From: Candidatus Thalassarchaeum betae | GTDB lineage: Archaea > Thermoplasmatota > Poseidoniia > Poseidoniales > Thalassarchaeaceae | Length of the DNA stretch: 64,000 nt | Assembly: GCA_003193925.1 (NCBI GenBank) | Contig: PSPG01000012.1 | Span: 1 to 64,000, forward strand | Direction of reading: 5' to 3' | Part shown: positions 46,419 through 56,815 of the stretch, one piece after another | How the letters are laid out: each line of letters opens with the position of its first letter | Position numbering within the stretch: the first letter of the stretch is position 1 | The notes under the pieces: generated by a model | The model's database searches: none | Told to the model about the DNA's origin: nothing | Seen by the model: the letters and a program-made list of their open reading frames with translations, nothing else | Program-made: the position numbers and the translations under genes

Positions 46419-47603
46419 ATGAAGCTGCACGAGTTCGTAGCTCGCCGCCTGCTCCTGCTGATCCCTGTGATGGTGGGAGTCACGGTCCTGACATTCACCA
46501 TCTCTCATCTCATCCCCGCAGATGCCGCCGCCGCACAGTGTGGCGACAAGTGTGGCGTCGTCGTTGATTACACCGAAGATGGTGATCCCATAACCGCTTA
46601 TGCGGCCAACAGGGAAAGGCTGGGGATGAACGAACCGCTCACCACGCAGTTCAGGCTCTACGTGACCCATCTCTTACAAGGCGACTGGGGGGAATCGAGC
46701 ACCTATCACCGTCCCGTCGCAGATGTGGTGAAAGACGCGGCCCCGATCACCTTGGAGATGTCCTTCTTCGCTCTACTCATAGCCTATCCCCTGGGGATCT
46801 CCCTCGGCATCCTCAGCGCTGTTCGGCAGGACCGGATGTTCGATCACATCTCGCGATTCTTCGCCATAGCGTTCGTCAGCCTGCCGATATTCTGGTTCGC
46901 GATGGTCCTGCAACTATTGTTCGCTACCCAAGCCCCCGAATCAGGAGTTGGAGGTATCTGCGACCCGCTCACGAAGTGGCTCCCGCTCGTCCCCGACACG
47001 GATGGAGGCTGCTTCCCTATCTACGGGAGGCACGACCCCAGCCTCACGTACCCCGAAGACGGATTCGCCTCTTTCTACCCTGCAGGAGGGACCGGGTTCC
47101 ACCTGATCGACAGCTGGTTCGTGACCGACGGGAAGCTGGCCACACTGCCGGCCAAGTTTGGCTCCAACCGGCTGCTCTTCAAGGACACCCTGTTGCACCT
47201 AGCACTGCCCTGCGCATGCCTGGGCATCGCCTCCTCCGGTTCCCTGCTGAGGTACATGCGCGCCAGCCTCCTCGAGGTCCTACACGAGGACTACGTGAGG
47301 ACTGCCCGCGCTAAGGGACTCTCTGAGTTCAGGGTGGTCATAGTACATGCATGCAGGAACGCTCTGGTCCCGATAGTCACCATCCTCGGATTCTCAATCG
47401 GCGGAGCGATAGGCGGCGCTGTACTGACTGAGACAATTTTCGCCTTCAACGGCATGGGCCGGGTGGCTGTCAAGTCAATCCAGTACCTCGATTTCCCCGT
47501 CATAATGGGTGTGACGCTGATTACTGCGGCCATCTTCCTGCTGTCCAACCTCGTTGTGGACATATTGTATGCAATCATAGATCCAAGGGTGAGGCTTGAA
47601 TGA
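46419..47603 (+). CDS. Peptide ABC transporter permease DppB/OppB
   Basis: RRLLLLIPV, GDWGES, P.FWFA, HLALP, EDYVRTARAKGL, HACRNAL, ETIFAFNGMG, DILYAIIDPRVR. Confidence 0.93.
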   Translation: MKLHEFVARRLLLLIPVMVGVTVLTFTISHLIPADAAAAQCGDKCGVVVDYTEDGDPITAYAANRERLGMNEPLTTQFRLYVTHLLQGDWGESSTYHRPVADVVKDAAPITLEMSFFALLIAYPLGISLGILSAVRQDRMFDHISRFFAIAFVSLPIFWFAMVLQLLFATQAPESGVGGICDPLTKWLPLVPDTDGGCFPIYGRHDPSLTYPEDGFASFYPAGGTGFHLIDSWFVTDGKLATLPAKFGSNRLLFKDTLLHLALPCACLGIASSGSLLRYMRASLLEVLHEDYVRTARAKGLSEFRVVIVHACRNALVPIVTILGFSIGGAIGGAVLTETIFAFNGMGRVAVKSIQYLDFPVIMGVTLITAAIFLLSNLVVDILYAIIDPRVRLE

Positions 47604-49357
47604 GGGGCTGGGACGAAGGCAAAGAGGATCGCAAGGAAAGCCTGAGGAGGCTTGTCGAGGCTCTATCTCAATCCAGGAGCGACATTTCGCGGAGCTGGAG
47701 GATATACCGCCGGTCCCTGCTTGCAGTAGTAGGGCTCATGCTGGTAATGTCCGTCGTCACGGTCTCGATTTTCGCCGACGATATAGCAGTCGAGCACCCC
47801 TACCGGAACCTGCAGGACACGGAGGACCTCTGGACCATCGACTACGAGCCCCGGAGGGCCCACCCGTTCTCCGAGGAGTGCGACTGGCACGAACAGTCTA
47901 TCACCGTGGACACCAGATCCCCCCTCTTCTCGGAGACCGTAGTCGCCGTGTCAGACAACAAGGTAGGAGACGACAACAAGTACTACCGCGACACCCTCTC
48001 TGTAATCGAGCTCCTCAGCCTGAAGGATGACCTGGGCTACGGCCTCAACATCTCATTGATTAGCATAGACCCGAACAACTCCTCTATCCTCATCGTGTCC
48101 GAGGAGCTCTACAACAACTCGTCAATGACAGGCAAGGTCTGGCTCACCTACGAGTTCGAAAACGAGGCCATGCACATCTGGTGGATGCCGGAGGGCTACG
48201 AACATTGCATCTTCGGAACCAACGATCAGGGGCAGGACATGTTCAGCAAGGTCCTGTACGGATCCCGTGTCTCTCTGAAGATCGGAATCACCGTTGCCAT
48301 GCTCACAGTGACCATAGGGACCATCGTCGGCAGTGTGAGCGGCTACTTCGGCGGCAGGGTGGACGAGGTAATCATGAGGATCTGTGACGTCTTCTTCGCA
48401 ATACCCGGGCTGATCCTCGCCATGGCCTTCGTCACGGCGATGTCTGCGATGACGAGCCTCACTATGCCAATGTGGTTGGGGATCCTGATTCCGATATTAT
48501 TCCTGGCCGTGGTTTTCAGGTCATACCTGGCATCAACCATCGCAGGAGACCGAATCAGCGACCAAGTGATGGGGTCATTAATGCGAAACCGGAACATATT
48601 CCTAGGTTTATTCTTACTCTTCTTCTTCGTTGGCTTGTTCCCCGGTGCTTCGTGGTCAGACCTCTTTGGAATCTCAGACAGCCAGGGATGGAGAATCGGT
48701 GCTGCCACGGGTATAATCCTCATCCTCGGAATGTTAGCGCTAGCAGACAAGCGCTTCATCGAGAAGACAAGCTTCGATGGCGCCGGGGAGCGTCTGAGCA
48801 AATCCCTCGATTGGACAAACCCGTGGAGGTACCTCACACTGAGGACCGTGGCGATCTTCGTTGCTGCAGTAGTCATCTATCGCTTCTCAGGTAGCCCCGG
48901 GGATGAGATAGTCGTGATCAAGGACTTCGACCGACTCTGGAAGATACAGGCCGCCCTGATTTTCACCGGATGGCCAGGCTATGCCAGGCTGATCAGGGGA
49001 CAGGTTCTGTATGTCAAGGAGATGACATTCGTCGAGGCAGCTAGGAGCGTGGGCGCTCCTTCGGGGAGGATAATGTTCAGGCACATCCTTCCCAATGCTT
49101 GGGCCCCGCTCCTCGTCGCCTTCACTCTCGACATCGGAGGGACCATTCTGACAGCGTCCGGGCTGTCGTTCATCGGACTGGGGGCTGCCCCGGGCACAGC
49201 GGAGTGGGGCATCCTTGTATCGGAGAGCAGGCGGTACTTCGTCCCCGACCCACACCTGATGCTCTTCCCCGGACTCGCTATCGCAGTCACCACTCTCGGT
49301 TTCAATCTGCTCGGTGACGGGATCAGGGACGTAGTGGACCCCAAGAACAGGAGGTGA
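47600..49357 (+). CDS. Peptide ABC transporter permease DppC/OppC with extracytoplasmic and extra TM insertions
   Basis: FGTNDQGQDMFSKVLYGSRVSL, GYFGGRVDEVIMR, WPGYARLIRGQVL..FVEAARSVGA, HILPN, FNLLGDGIRD. Confidence 0.9.
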   Translation: MRGWDEGKEDRKESLRRLVEALSQSRSDISRSWRIYRRSLLAVVGLMLVMSVVTVSIFADDIAVEHPYRNLQDTEDLWTIDYEPRRAHPFSEECDWHEQSITVDTRSPLFSETVVAVSDNKVGDDNKYYRDTLSVIELLSLKDDLGYGLNISLISIDPNNSSILIVSEELYNNSSMTGKVWLTYEFENEAMHIWWMPEGYEHCIFGTNDQGQDMFSKVLYGSRVSLKIGITVAMLTVTIGTIVGSVSGYFGGRVDEVIMRICDVFFAIPGLILAMAFVTAMSAMTSLTMPMWLGILIPILFLAVVFRSYLASTIAGDRISDQVMGSLMRNRNIFLGLFLLFFFVGLFPGASWSDLFGISDSQGWRIGAATGIILILGMLALADKRFIEKTSFDGAGERLSKSLDWTNPWRYLTLRTVAIFVAAVVIYRFSGSPGDEIVVIKDFDRLWKIQAALIFTGWPGYARLIRGQVLYVKEMTFVEAARSVGAPSGRIMFRHILPNAWAPLLVAFTLDIGGTILTASGLSFIGLGAAPGTAEWGILVSESRRYFVPDPHLMLFPGLAIAVTTLGFNLLGDGIRDVVDPKNRR

Positions 49358-49361
49358 GAAG

Positions 49362-51047
49362 GTGTCGGATAACTTGCTCGAGATCGAGGGTCTCAGAGTC
49401 CACTTCGACACTCTGGACGGGCCAATTGAGGCTCTCCACTCCGTAGACCTGAAGGTCAAGCAGGGCCAGATAATGGGGCTGGTCGGTGAGTCGGGGTGCG
49501 GGAAGTCAGTCACTTCACTGGTGACGATTGGTCTGGCTACCTGTGATGTCGACGAGGGCAGCGTGAAGTACGAAGGCGAGGAAATGCTGTTCAGTGTTTC
49601 AGAGCACGACAAGAAAATCCAAGACGTCTCAGGACGGATAACCGTGCTCGGGGTATTGGCATCGATAGTAGCGGTTTTCTGGACGATTCTGATAAACCCC
49701 ATTCAGGGCATTACCCTCCTTGTCATATTCTTGTTCGTGGCAATAGTCTCGTGGATTTTTGGGTTTATCGCTAAGAGCGAATACCGACGCCATCAGAAGT
49801 TCATGCAATCGGTGCGCGGCAACAAGATCAGCATGATCTTCCAGGAGCCCATGACGGCCCTCAACCCGCTTTACACGGTGGAGAAGCAGATCTCCGAGGT
49901 GATGCGCGTGCACGACAGGCTTGTCGAGGCCGAGACTCCGCGTTACGTCAGAGTCGGTCAGGCACTTGTCAGCCCTGCCACCCTCATCCGCGACGCCTTT
50001 TCCTCACGGCCACAAGCGTCGATTGCCACCTCCTCCGTTCTCGCCTTTGTCCTCGTCGCCCATCTGTCTGGCTTCGCCGACTCCGCTGCAGAGGCAGTCA
50101 CCGCTCCCTTCGTCTTCGTCTTCAAGGATCTCTTCTGGGTCCTCATCGTCCTCCTTAGCGGATATCTTGTGAATTCACGGGCACAAATCGAGGCGTTGAA
50201 CGCCTTGTACCGGCCTCTAAAGTACGCCGCCCCTCAGGTTCCTCTTGTCTCCGCCGTGGCTTTGGTCATCTTCCTGATGCTCTGGATGCCGCTCTCCGCT
50301 TTCCTCGGGATGGCTGTAATCAGCACTCTCCTGGCCCTGCCGGCGATCATAGTCCTGGACTATCTGAGACTTGACCCCGCGCACACCCGACAGGTCATCG
50401 GACTCCTCGAGGAGGTCAGGATTCCGGATCCGAGCGCAGTTGTGAAGATGTACCCGCACGAACTCTCCGGAGGGATGCGTCAGAGGGTGATGATCGCCAT
50501 GATGATGGCTTGCGAGCCCAAACTGCTCATCGCCGACGAGCCGACAACCGCCCTCGACGTTACAATTCAGGCCCAGATTCTACAGTTGATGCGAGACCTG
50601 CGCGACGAGAAGGACACGGCTATCCTGCTTATCACACACGACTTGGGGGTTATCGCCGAGATGTGCGACGCAGTCACCGTGATGTACGCCGGGGCGGTGG
50701 TCGAGACAGGCAGTATCGAGGATGTTCTTTCTAAACCTCGGATGCCCTACTCAATCGGCTTGCTTCACAGCATTCCAACGATCGATGAAGAGGCTGGTCG
50801 CAGGGAGGTACTGCCTATCATCCCGGGCCAAGTCCCGGATCCCAACCTACACTTCGATGGTTGTAGGTTCCACCCTCGCTGCCCGTTCGCGGACGCAACA
50901 TGCATCTCAACTCCGCCACCGATGAAGGAGGTCGAACCCGGTCACTTCGCAGCCTGCCACCACACCAATAGGACGGAGAACGTTGCAGACGTGCAGGCCT
51001 CATTCGACGTTTTCGCAGCCGAGTACGATTTGGAAGGAGTTGCCTGA
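49362..51047 (+). CDS. Peptide ABC transporter ATPase DppD/OppD with two hydrophobic insertions
   Basis: [47 protein letters not shown]-terminal CRFHPRC..C..ACH; 561 aa versus about 330 typical. Confidence 0.9.
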   Translation: MSDNLLEIEGLRVHFDTLDGPIEALHSVDLKVKQGQIMGLVGESGCGKSVTSLVTIGLATCDVDEGSVKYEGEEMLFSVSEHDKKIQDVSGRITVLGVLASIVAVFWTILINPIQGITLLVIFLFVAIVSWIFGFIAKSEYRRHQKFMQSVRGNKISMIFQEPMTALNPLYTVEKQISEVMRVHDRLVEAETPRYVRVGQALVSPATLIRDAFSSRPQASIATSSVLAFVLVAHLSGFADSAAEAVTAPFVFVFKDLFWVLIVLLSGYLVNSRAQIEALNALYRPLKYAAPQVPLVSAVALVIFLMLWMPLSAFLGMAVISTLLALPAIIVLDYLRLDPAHTRQVIGLLEEVRIPDPSAVVKMYPHELSGGMRQRVMIAMMMACEPKLLIADEPTTALDVTIQAQILQLMRDLRDEKDTAILLITHDLGVIAEMCDAVTVMYAGAVVETGSIEDVLSKPRMPYSIGLLHSIPTIDEEAGRREVLPIIPGQVPDPNLHFDGCRFHPRCPFADATCISTPPPMKEVEPGHFAACHHTNRTENVADVQASFDVFAAEYDLEGVA

Positions 51048-51048
51048 G

Positions 51049-52113
51049 ATGCCAGATGACAGCAAGACCGACGAGGTCCTCATAGAGGTCGAGGGAATGA
51101 GGAAGTGGTTCCCGATCAAGAGCGGTATGCTGACTACGGTGAAGAGCCACGTCCGCGCAGTTGACGGGGTCGATCTGCAGGTAATGCGAGGTGAGACCCT
51201 CGGGATCGTCGGCGAGTCGGGTTGCGGTAAGACCACGCTGGGACGAGTCATACTGGGACTCACCCATATGACCGAGGGGTCGGTCCACTACGCCGGAGAG
51301 GACATCCGGATGATGACAAACAGAGACCTCAGGAGGAGGCTCCAGATTGTGTTCCAGGACCCCGGAGGCTCGATGAACCCGAGGATGTCGGTGCGATCCA
51401 TAGTGGGGGAGCCACTCCAGGTGAATGGAATGGCCCAGGGTGCCGAGTTGACGCAGAGGGTAGCTGATTTGCTTGATTCCGTGGGCCTCAAGCGCGAGCA
51501 CATGAACAGATTCCCCCACGAGTTCTCCGGTGGACAGAAGCAGAGGATCGCCCTAGCGAGGGCACTATCTCTGGACCCTGAGTTCATTCTCCTCGACGAG
51601 CCAACCAGCGCATTGGACGTGTCCGTTCAGGCCCAGGTTCTGAATCTGCTCGAGGAGATAAAGGCGAAGCACGGCCTCACTTTAGTCTTCATCACTCACG
51701 CACTCAACGTCGTCAACCACATTTGCGACAGAGTCGCAGTGATGTACCTCGGAAAGATCGTCGAGATTGCCAATACGAACGACCTGTTCAGTAAGCCAGC
51801 CCACCCATACACGCATGCTCTGATGTCGGCTATCCCAGAGCCCTCACTAGAAAAGGCCGCTAGGAGGAGGGTAGTTCTGAGTGGTGACGTACCCAGTCCC
51901 ACAGACCCTCCTCCGGGATGCAGGTTCCACACCCGTTGCCCCATCGCTGAGGAGGGGCTCTGCGATGTCGAGGAGCCGAAACTTGAGTCCATCGGTGAAG
52001 GCCATGAGGTCGCGTGCCACTTCCCACTGGGTCCCGGGATGAAACTCCCAATGCTAGACGATGCCGAGAACCCCTCTGAGGAAGACCACGGGCCGAAGAC
52101 GATCGTATTCTGA
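51049..52113 (+). CDS. Peptide ABC transporter ATPase DppF/OppF
   Basis: [56 protein letters not shown]. Confidence 0.94.
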   Translation: MPDDSKTDEVLIEVEGMRKWFPIKSGMLTTVKSHVRAVDGVDLQVMRGETLGIVGESGCGKTTLGRVILGLTHMTEGSVHYAGEDIRMMTNRDLRRRLQIVFQDPGGSMNPRMSVRSIVGEPLQVNGMAQGAELTQRVADLLDSVGLKREHMNRFPHEFSGGQKQRIALARALSLDPEFILLDEPTSALDVSVQAQVLNLLEEIKAKHGLTLVFITHALNVVNHICDRVAVMYLGKIVEIANTNDLFSKPAHPYTHALMSAIPEPSLEKAARRRVVLSGDVPSPTDPPPGCRFHTRCPIAEEGLCDVEEPKLESIGEGHEVACHFPLGPGMKLPMLDDAENPSEEDHGPKTIVF

Positions 52114-52122
52114 GGGACACCA

Positions 52123-52497
52123 ATGGCTGAGAAGGAATCCGACACAGACGGAACCGAGGCCACTCCCCCTCCGATGCACGACAAGAAAGAGGAGGCAGAG
52201 GCCGCCTTCTGGAGACTGAAGAAGGCCTCTGACAAGAGCAGAGAGGAGCGAGTCAAGCGAGTTCTGGCTCAGGAGGGGGAAGGGCTTCTGACTACACTCG
52301 GCAGAGTGGTGTACATTTCGGCGTGCATAGTGTTCGATGGCGTGGTGCTGCTGCAAGTTCCAGCCGGCATGGGCAGGACCTTAGCCGCCTGGTCCCTGTA
52401 TGTGGTCTTGCTAGTAGTCGCCATCAAGCTACAGCACGACCTCTACGAGAAGTGGTTCGATGTCGACATCAGTCCGATCGACTTTGATCGGCAGTGA
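52123..52497 (+). CDS. Hypothetical membrane protein (2 TMs)
   Basis: Follows dppF by 9 nt; charged N-terminus and two hydrophobic helices. Confidence 0.6.
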   Translation: MAEKESDTDGTEATPPPMHDKKEEAEAAFWRLKKASDKSREERVKRVLAQEGEGLLTTLGRVVYISACIVFDGVVLLQVPAGMGRTLAAWSLYVVLLVVAIKLQHDLYEKWFDVDISPIDFDRQ

Positions 52498-53731
52498 TCG
52501 GGAAGCGCTCAGTGGCGATTCGCTCGAAGCGCCTGAACGAAGGCACGACGATACCGATTATCGTGGCGGCGACCATGATCGACACCGCCACAACAAAGGC
52601 CGCCTCGAGCCCCAATCTCTCGATCATCATCCCGCCGAGGACCATAGCGGGTGGAATCAGGATGAAGGAGCCGATTGCATCGATAGAGTTGACCCGGCCA
52701 CGCAGATGCTGCTCTACGCTGTCCCCTATCGTCGTGTTCCAGATGACTCCCAACACCCCCACGAGGAGGCCTTGGAACAGCGAGATCAGCAGAATGAGCG
52801 CGAACCAGGGCACGAACACGAACAGCAGGTCCAACCAAGCGGCGAAGCCGACGGTGACGTAGAATACCGTCCCACGTGAGCTCTTCGGAATCGGATTACT
52901 GCCTGCATAAAGGGCACCCACGGCGGCTCCGATCGGGAAGACGGCGCCCCAGATTCCGTAATAGAAACCATTCCAGCCGTTATTCAAGGCGATGGAGGGG
53001 ATGCCGACATCTACTATCGCAGCACCAACGTGGAATGCCATGAACACGAGGATTCCGACGAACAGCCAAGGCTGGCTGCGAGTGAAAGACAGAGCATGAC
53101 TCATCTCCGACTTGAAGTCGGAATCCTCTTCCTCATCCCTGACGATTGGGACCTCCTCCATGTTGTACAGCACATACGCACTGACGAGGAAGGTGACCAT
53201 GTCGATGAAGAGCGCGACTTCGATGCTTGAATAGGTGATTATTGCACCACCGATCAGACCACCGAGCGACCACGAGATAGTACGAATGGAATTGAGCAAA
53301 CCGGTCGCAGAGGCCAGGATCTCCTCGTCTACTAGGTCTGGCACAAGGGCCTGAGTCGCGGGTATCGAGAAAGCTGTAGACGCTCCCATCATCACGGCGG
53401 CGAAGAGCAACACCTTCAGCACGGGGAGGCCGATGAGGAGGAGGCTGATGAAAAGGAGAGCGAAGCTTGCCTGTACATAGTCGGTGTACAGCGCGACGGT
53501 CCGCCTGGGTATTCGGTCGACCACCATCCCGCCAACTGTCAGAAGGGGCAGGTGAGCGACGAAATATGCGACTCCGAACCACGCGAACCACACCGGTCCG
53601 GCTAGCTCATTCACACGCCATCCTGCCGCGACCATGAAGCCGGCTCGGCCGACCTTGCTAACGCCGTCCCCAATCAGGAAACGCCGCAGGTCGCGGACTT
53701 CCCAAGCCTCTCGGAGACCCATTGCCAACAT
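52469..53731 (-). CDS. MFS transporter (macrolide-efflux/EntS-like)
   Basis: About 12 TMs, GGMVVDRIPRR, PATQALVPDLV, LRGRVNS. Confidence 0.88.
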   Translation of the reverse strand: MLAMGLREAWEVRDLRRFLIGDGVSKVGRAGFMVAAGWRVNELAGPVWFAWFGVAYFVAHLPLLTVGGMVVDRIPRRTVALYTDYVQASFALLFISLLLIGLPVLKVLLFAAVMMGASTAFSIPATQALVPDLVDEEILASATGLLNSIRTISWSLGGLIGGAIITYSSIEVALFIDMVTFLVSAYVLYNMEEVPIVRDEEEDSDFKSEMSHALSFTRSQPWLFVGILVFMAFHVGAAIVDVGIPSIALNNGWNGFYYGIWGAVFPIGAAVGALYAGSNPIPKSSRGTVFYVTVGFAAWLDLLFVFVPWFALILLISLFQGLLVGVLGVIWNTTIGDSVEQHLRGRVNSIDAIGSFILIPPAMVLGGMMIERLGLEAAFVVAVSIMVAATIIGIVVPSFRRFERIATERFPITADQSRSD

Positions 53732-53814
53732 CGCGGGAACAGGCGCATTTCAAGATGTCTTGAGGGCAATCTGAGCAATCCTCGGAGTACAGTGAATGGA
53801 CAGATGAACGAAGG

Positions 53815-53955
53815 CAGTAATATTGATATTTCAATTGTTCTCATTTGAACATATTATTCTACGAGAATTGTACAAACGTACAATAATCATCTAATTGAGT
53901 GAATATTCTGCTAGTATCAACGTCATGTGATGTTCATTCGACCGAATGATTATAG
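53815..53955. promoter_or_regulatory. AT-rich divergent promoter region with several inverted repeats
   Basis: TGTTC-N6-GAACA (53836-53851), ATTCT-ACG-AGAAT (53856-53868), ATTGTAC-AAAC-GTACAAT (53867-53884), TCATTCG-AC-CGAATGA (53934-53949). Confidence 0.6.
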
Positions 53956-53993
53956 CACTCTCTCGCACGCATGCGCGCGTTCGGGGGAGTAAG

Positions 53994-55496
53994 ATGTTTG
54001 AGTCAGCGGCGCAGGTAGGCCTGGAATCCCAAGACGGCCCGTTGACACTCGACAGATTCGGGGCCGAATCGGCGCGAATCGGTAGGGAGGTCGCAGACCG
54101 CTACCACCGCTATCGCATCGAGACCGAGGAGGTCGACGACGCCCAGCCGCTGCCTCACAGGTTCCTTGTCAAGGTCGGTAAGGTCGGTCTCGCGAAGTTC
54201 ATCGCCAAGGAGATGCTGATGTACTTCGGACAGTTCGATGTCATCCTCTCCAGGCCGTGCACCTATGGTGTATTCTCAGGGCCGGTGGGCGGCTTCGCTC
54301 CTAGGCCCAAACTGTGTGTTGGATGCCTGCGCTGCTGCGTCCAGCACCCGGATTTCGTCAAGGTCCTGCCAAACCCAGATCTTCTGGCCCTGGGAGACTC
54401 GTACACCACGCACGGGCACATCACCGCCATCGACGAGGAGGCGAGGAAGGGCATGGTCCCGGTTCGCGGCCAGGGCTATAGGGGGCGCTTCGGCGGACCT
54501 GGCTTCGATGGGATGCTGACCGACATGTCCGAGATCGTCCGCCCGAGCAGGGATGGCATCCACGGACGCGAACTCATCGGCACCTCCGTGGACGTCGGCA
54601 GCAAGCCGATGCACCTCTCGTTCGACTCCAGCGGCAACCTCTCCGGAAGCACCCCCGAGATGTTCACCATTCAGGTTCCGTTCGTCTTCGACCTGCCCCC
54701 TGGCAACCTCGGCTCGACCGGCCTAGTCAAGGTGGTCGACACAACGAGCAGGCGCATCGACACCCTCGCGTGCCTCGATGCGCACACCGTCGTACGGCTC
54801 AGAATGGACGCGCCTCACATCGTCCCGGTGCTCGATACCGCTGAGGCCGCGCACGCATCCGAGTTCCCAGCCGCGAGGCTGGTCGAGCTCGATGGTTGGG
54901 ACGCTGACGCTTTCGAGGCGGCAAACGAGGCTACCGATGCCATGGTCGGAGTGCGCCTGCACTTCGAGGAGGGCTGGCAGGAGCGCTTGAACGCCGCAGT
55001 GGACGCCGGCGCCAAGGTCATCCACCTGCTCGCCGACCTGCACGCACGAGGCACTGACGGGACCTTTGTCTCTGAGTTGTTCAAGGAGGCACACATGATG
55101 CTCATTGAGCAGGGCAGACGCGACACGGTCACCCTGTTCGGAGGGGGTGGCATAGTCGGCGCTGACCACGTCCCCAAGGCGATTATCAGCGGACTTGACG
55201 CAGTTGCGCTGGACCTGGCTGTGCTGTTCGCACTGCAAGGGCGTTCGCACGGCTCTCTGGAGAAGCGGGATAGGGTCTCAGGTACCCTGCCTAGGATGCT
55301 CGACCACGGGTGGGCCGAGCAGAGGCTCGCCAACCTGTGCGGCTCGTGGAGAGACCAACTGCTGGAGATTCTCGGCGCGATGGGCATCCGCGAGGTGCGC
55401 CGCCTGAGGGGCGAGTTCGGTCGTTCGATGATAGTCAAGCACCTCGAGGACGAGGCCTTCGAGGGAATAGCGGGCTACACCGGAGGTGGTGCTTGA
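53994..55496 (+). CDS. Glutamate synthase-related protein: ferredoxin-like Cys cluster plus degenerate FMN-binding barrel
   Basis: RPCTYGV..CVGCLRCC, GYRGRFGGPGFDGMLTDMSEIVRP, RDTVTLFGGGGI..DHVPKAI..G.D, EILGAMGIREVRRLRG. Confidence 0.75.
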   Translation: MFESAAQVGLESQDGPLTLDRFGAESARIGREVADRYHRYRIETEEVDDAQPLPHRFLVKVGKVGLAKFIAKEMLMYFGQFDVILSRPCTYGVFSGPVGGFAPRPKLCVGCLRCCVQHPDFVKVLPNPDLLALGDSYTTHGHITAIDEEARKGMVPVRGQGYRGRFGGPGFDGMLTDMSEIVRPSRDGIHGRELIGTSVDVGSKPMHLSFDSSGNLSGSTPEMFTIQVPFVFDLPPGNLGSTGLVKVVDTTSRRIDTLACLDAHTVVRLRMDAPHIVPVLDTAEAAHASEFPAARLVELDGWDADAFEAANEATDAMVGVRLHFEEGWQERLNAAVDAGAKVIHLLADLHARGTDGTFVSELFKEAHMMLIEQGRRDTVTLFGGGGIVGADHVPKAIISGLDAVALDLAVLFALQGRSHGSLEKRDRVSGTLPRMLDHGWAEQRLANLCGSWRDQLLEILGAMGIREVRRLRGEFGRSMIVKHLEDEAFEGIAGYTGGGA

Positions 55497-56815
55497 TGAC
55501 GATAGTCAAGCCCAGCGACGCGCTGATCCACAAGACGACCCACCTGATGCAGGAGGGGATGAACGCGAGGGCGTTCGGGGAGTACGAGATGCCGGAGGCC
55601 CTCGGCGATGCGCGCTGGACCGACGAACTGATCCTCTCGACATGGTACATGGCCGAGACCGGCGAGGTCCCGGACGATATGAACTTCAAGACCGGCAAGA
55701 GCGACGGCGGCTTCGACAGGCTGCGCTTCCGGTTCTTGGCGGAGGGCGAGTGGCTGGATCACTCGGAGGACATCGACACCAGCCTGCCTCTGAACCGCCG
55801 TGACGATGGGAAGAACGAGATCGAGATCGACATCCCCTGGTACGGCGGCGGGATGTCCTATGGCTCGGTATCGATCAACGTGATGATGTCCAGGGCCAAG
55901 ACCGCGAAACTCTGGAACACCTTCATGTCAACTGGCGAGGGCGGCTATCCGACGGAGCTTTACGAGGTCAAGGAGAACATCATCACCCAGGTCGCCACCG
56001 GGTACTTCGGCGTCGAGGAGGAGACCATCCAAGCCGCGCCCATTGTCGAGCTCAAGTACGCTCAGGGCGCGAAGCCCGGCCTCGGCGGGCACCTGCTCGC
56101 AGCCAAAGCCGGCGAGGAGGTCGCCAAAATACGCGGCTCTGTGCCCTTCGTCAGCCTGTTCAGCCCGTTCCCATTCCACTCCACCTATTCGGTCGAGGAC
56201 CACTCGAAGCACCTCGACTGGATTGAGATCATCAACCCCACAGCACTGCTCGCGGTCAAGGTAAGCACACCCCACGACGTCGACATGGTCGCCGTCGGCT
56301 CGTACTACGCCGGCGCTCACATCATACACATGGACGGTGGCTACGGCGGTACCGGAGCGGCTCCTGAGATAGCCAAGAAGAACATCGCGATGCCAATCGA
56401 GCTCGCCATCCCGAAGGTGCACAAGTTCCTGCAGAAGGAGGGCGTCCGCGACGAGGTCACACTGATTGCAAGCGGCGGCGTTCGCACCGCCGACGATATC
56501 GCCAAGGCCATCGCCTTGGGTGCGGACGGCTGCGTGCTGGGAACCACCGACCTCGTTGGGATGGGGTGCACCAGGTGCGCCAATTGCGAGGGAGGCCCGT
56601 CCGGCCGCGGTTGCCCATGGGGCCTGACGACAACCGACATCGAACTGCAGGAATGGCTCCAGCAGGACTGGGGCGTCAAGAGACTCGACAACCTGTACAC
56701 CGCCATGCAGTGGAGGCTGCGCGATATTCTGCGCAAACTCGGCCTGAACAGCGTTCAGGAGCTCACGGGCCGTACGGACCTGCTGAGGTACATCGGCAAG
56801 GAGGACGGCGAATGA
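55496..56815 (+). CDS. Glutamate synthase FMN-binding domain protein (GltB2-like)
   Basis: GGMSYGSVS, STGEGG, QVATGYFGV, ELKYAQGAKPGLGGHL, DGGYGGTGAAP, ASGGVRT.DDIAKAIALGAD, CTRCANC..CPWG.TT. Confidence 0.9.
   Translation: MTIVKPSDALIHKTTHLMQEGMNARAFGEYEMPEALGDARWTDELILSTWYMAETGEVPDDMNFKTGKSDGGFDRLRFRFLAEGEWLDHSEDIDTSLPLNRRDDGKNEIEIDIPWYGGGMSYGSVSINVMMSRAKTAKLWNTFMSTGEGGYPTELYEVKENIITQVATGYFGVEEETIQAAPIVELKYAQGAKPGLGGHLLAAKAGEEVAKIRGSVPFVSLFSPFPFHSTYSVEDHSKHLDWIEIINPTALLAVKVSTPHDVDMVAVGSYYAGAHIIHMDGGYGGTGAAPEIAKKNIAMPIELAIPKVHKFLQKEGVRDEVTLIASGGVRTADDIAKAIALGADGCVLGTTDLVGMGCTRCANCEGGPSGRGCPWGLTTTDIELQEWLQQDWGVKRLDNLYTAMQWRLRDILRKLGLNSVQELTGRTDLLRYIGKEDGE

Noticed and set aside
49590-50385. 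DppD insertions as inteins or introns
   Set aside because: No Cys/Ser start or His-Asn end and no LAGLIDADG motif; the inserts are hydrophobic TM-like segments that stay in frame.
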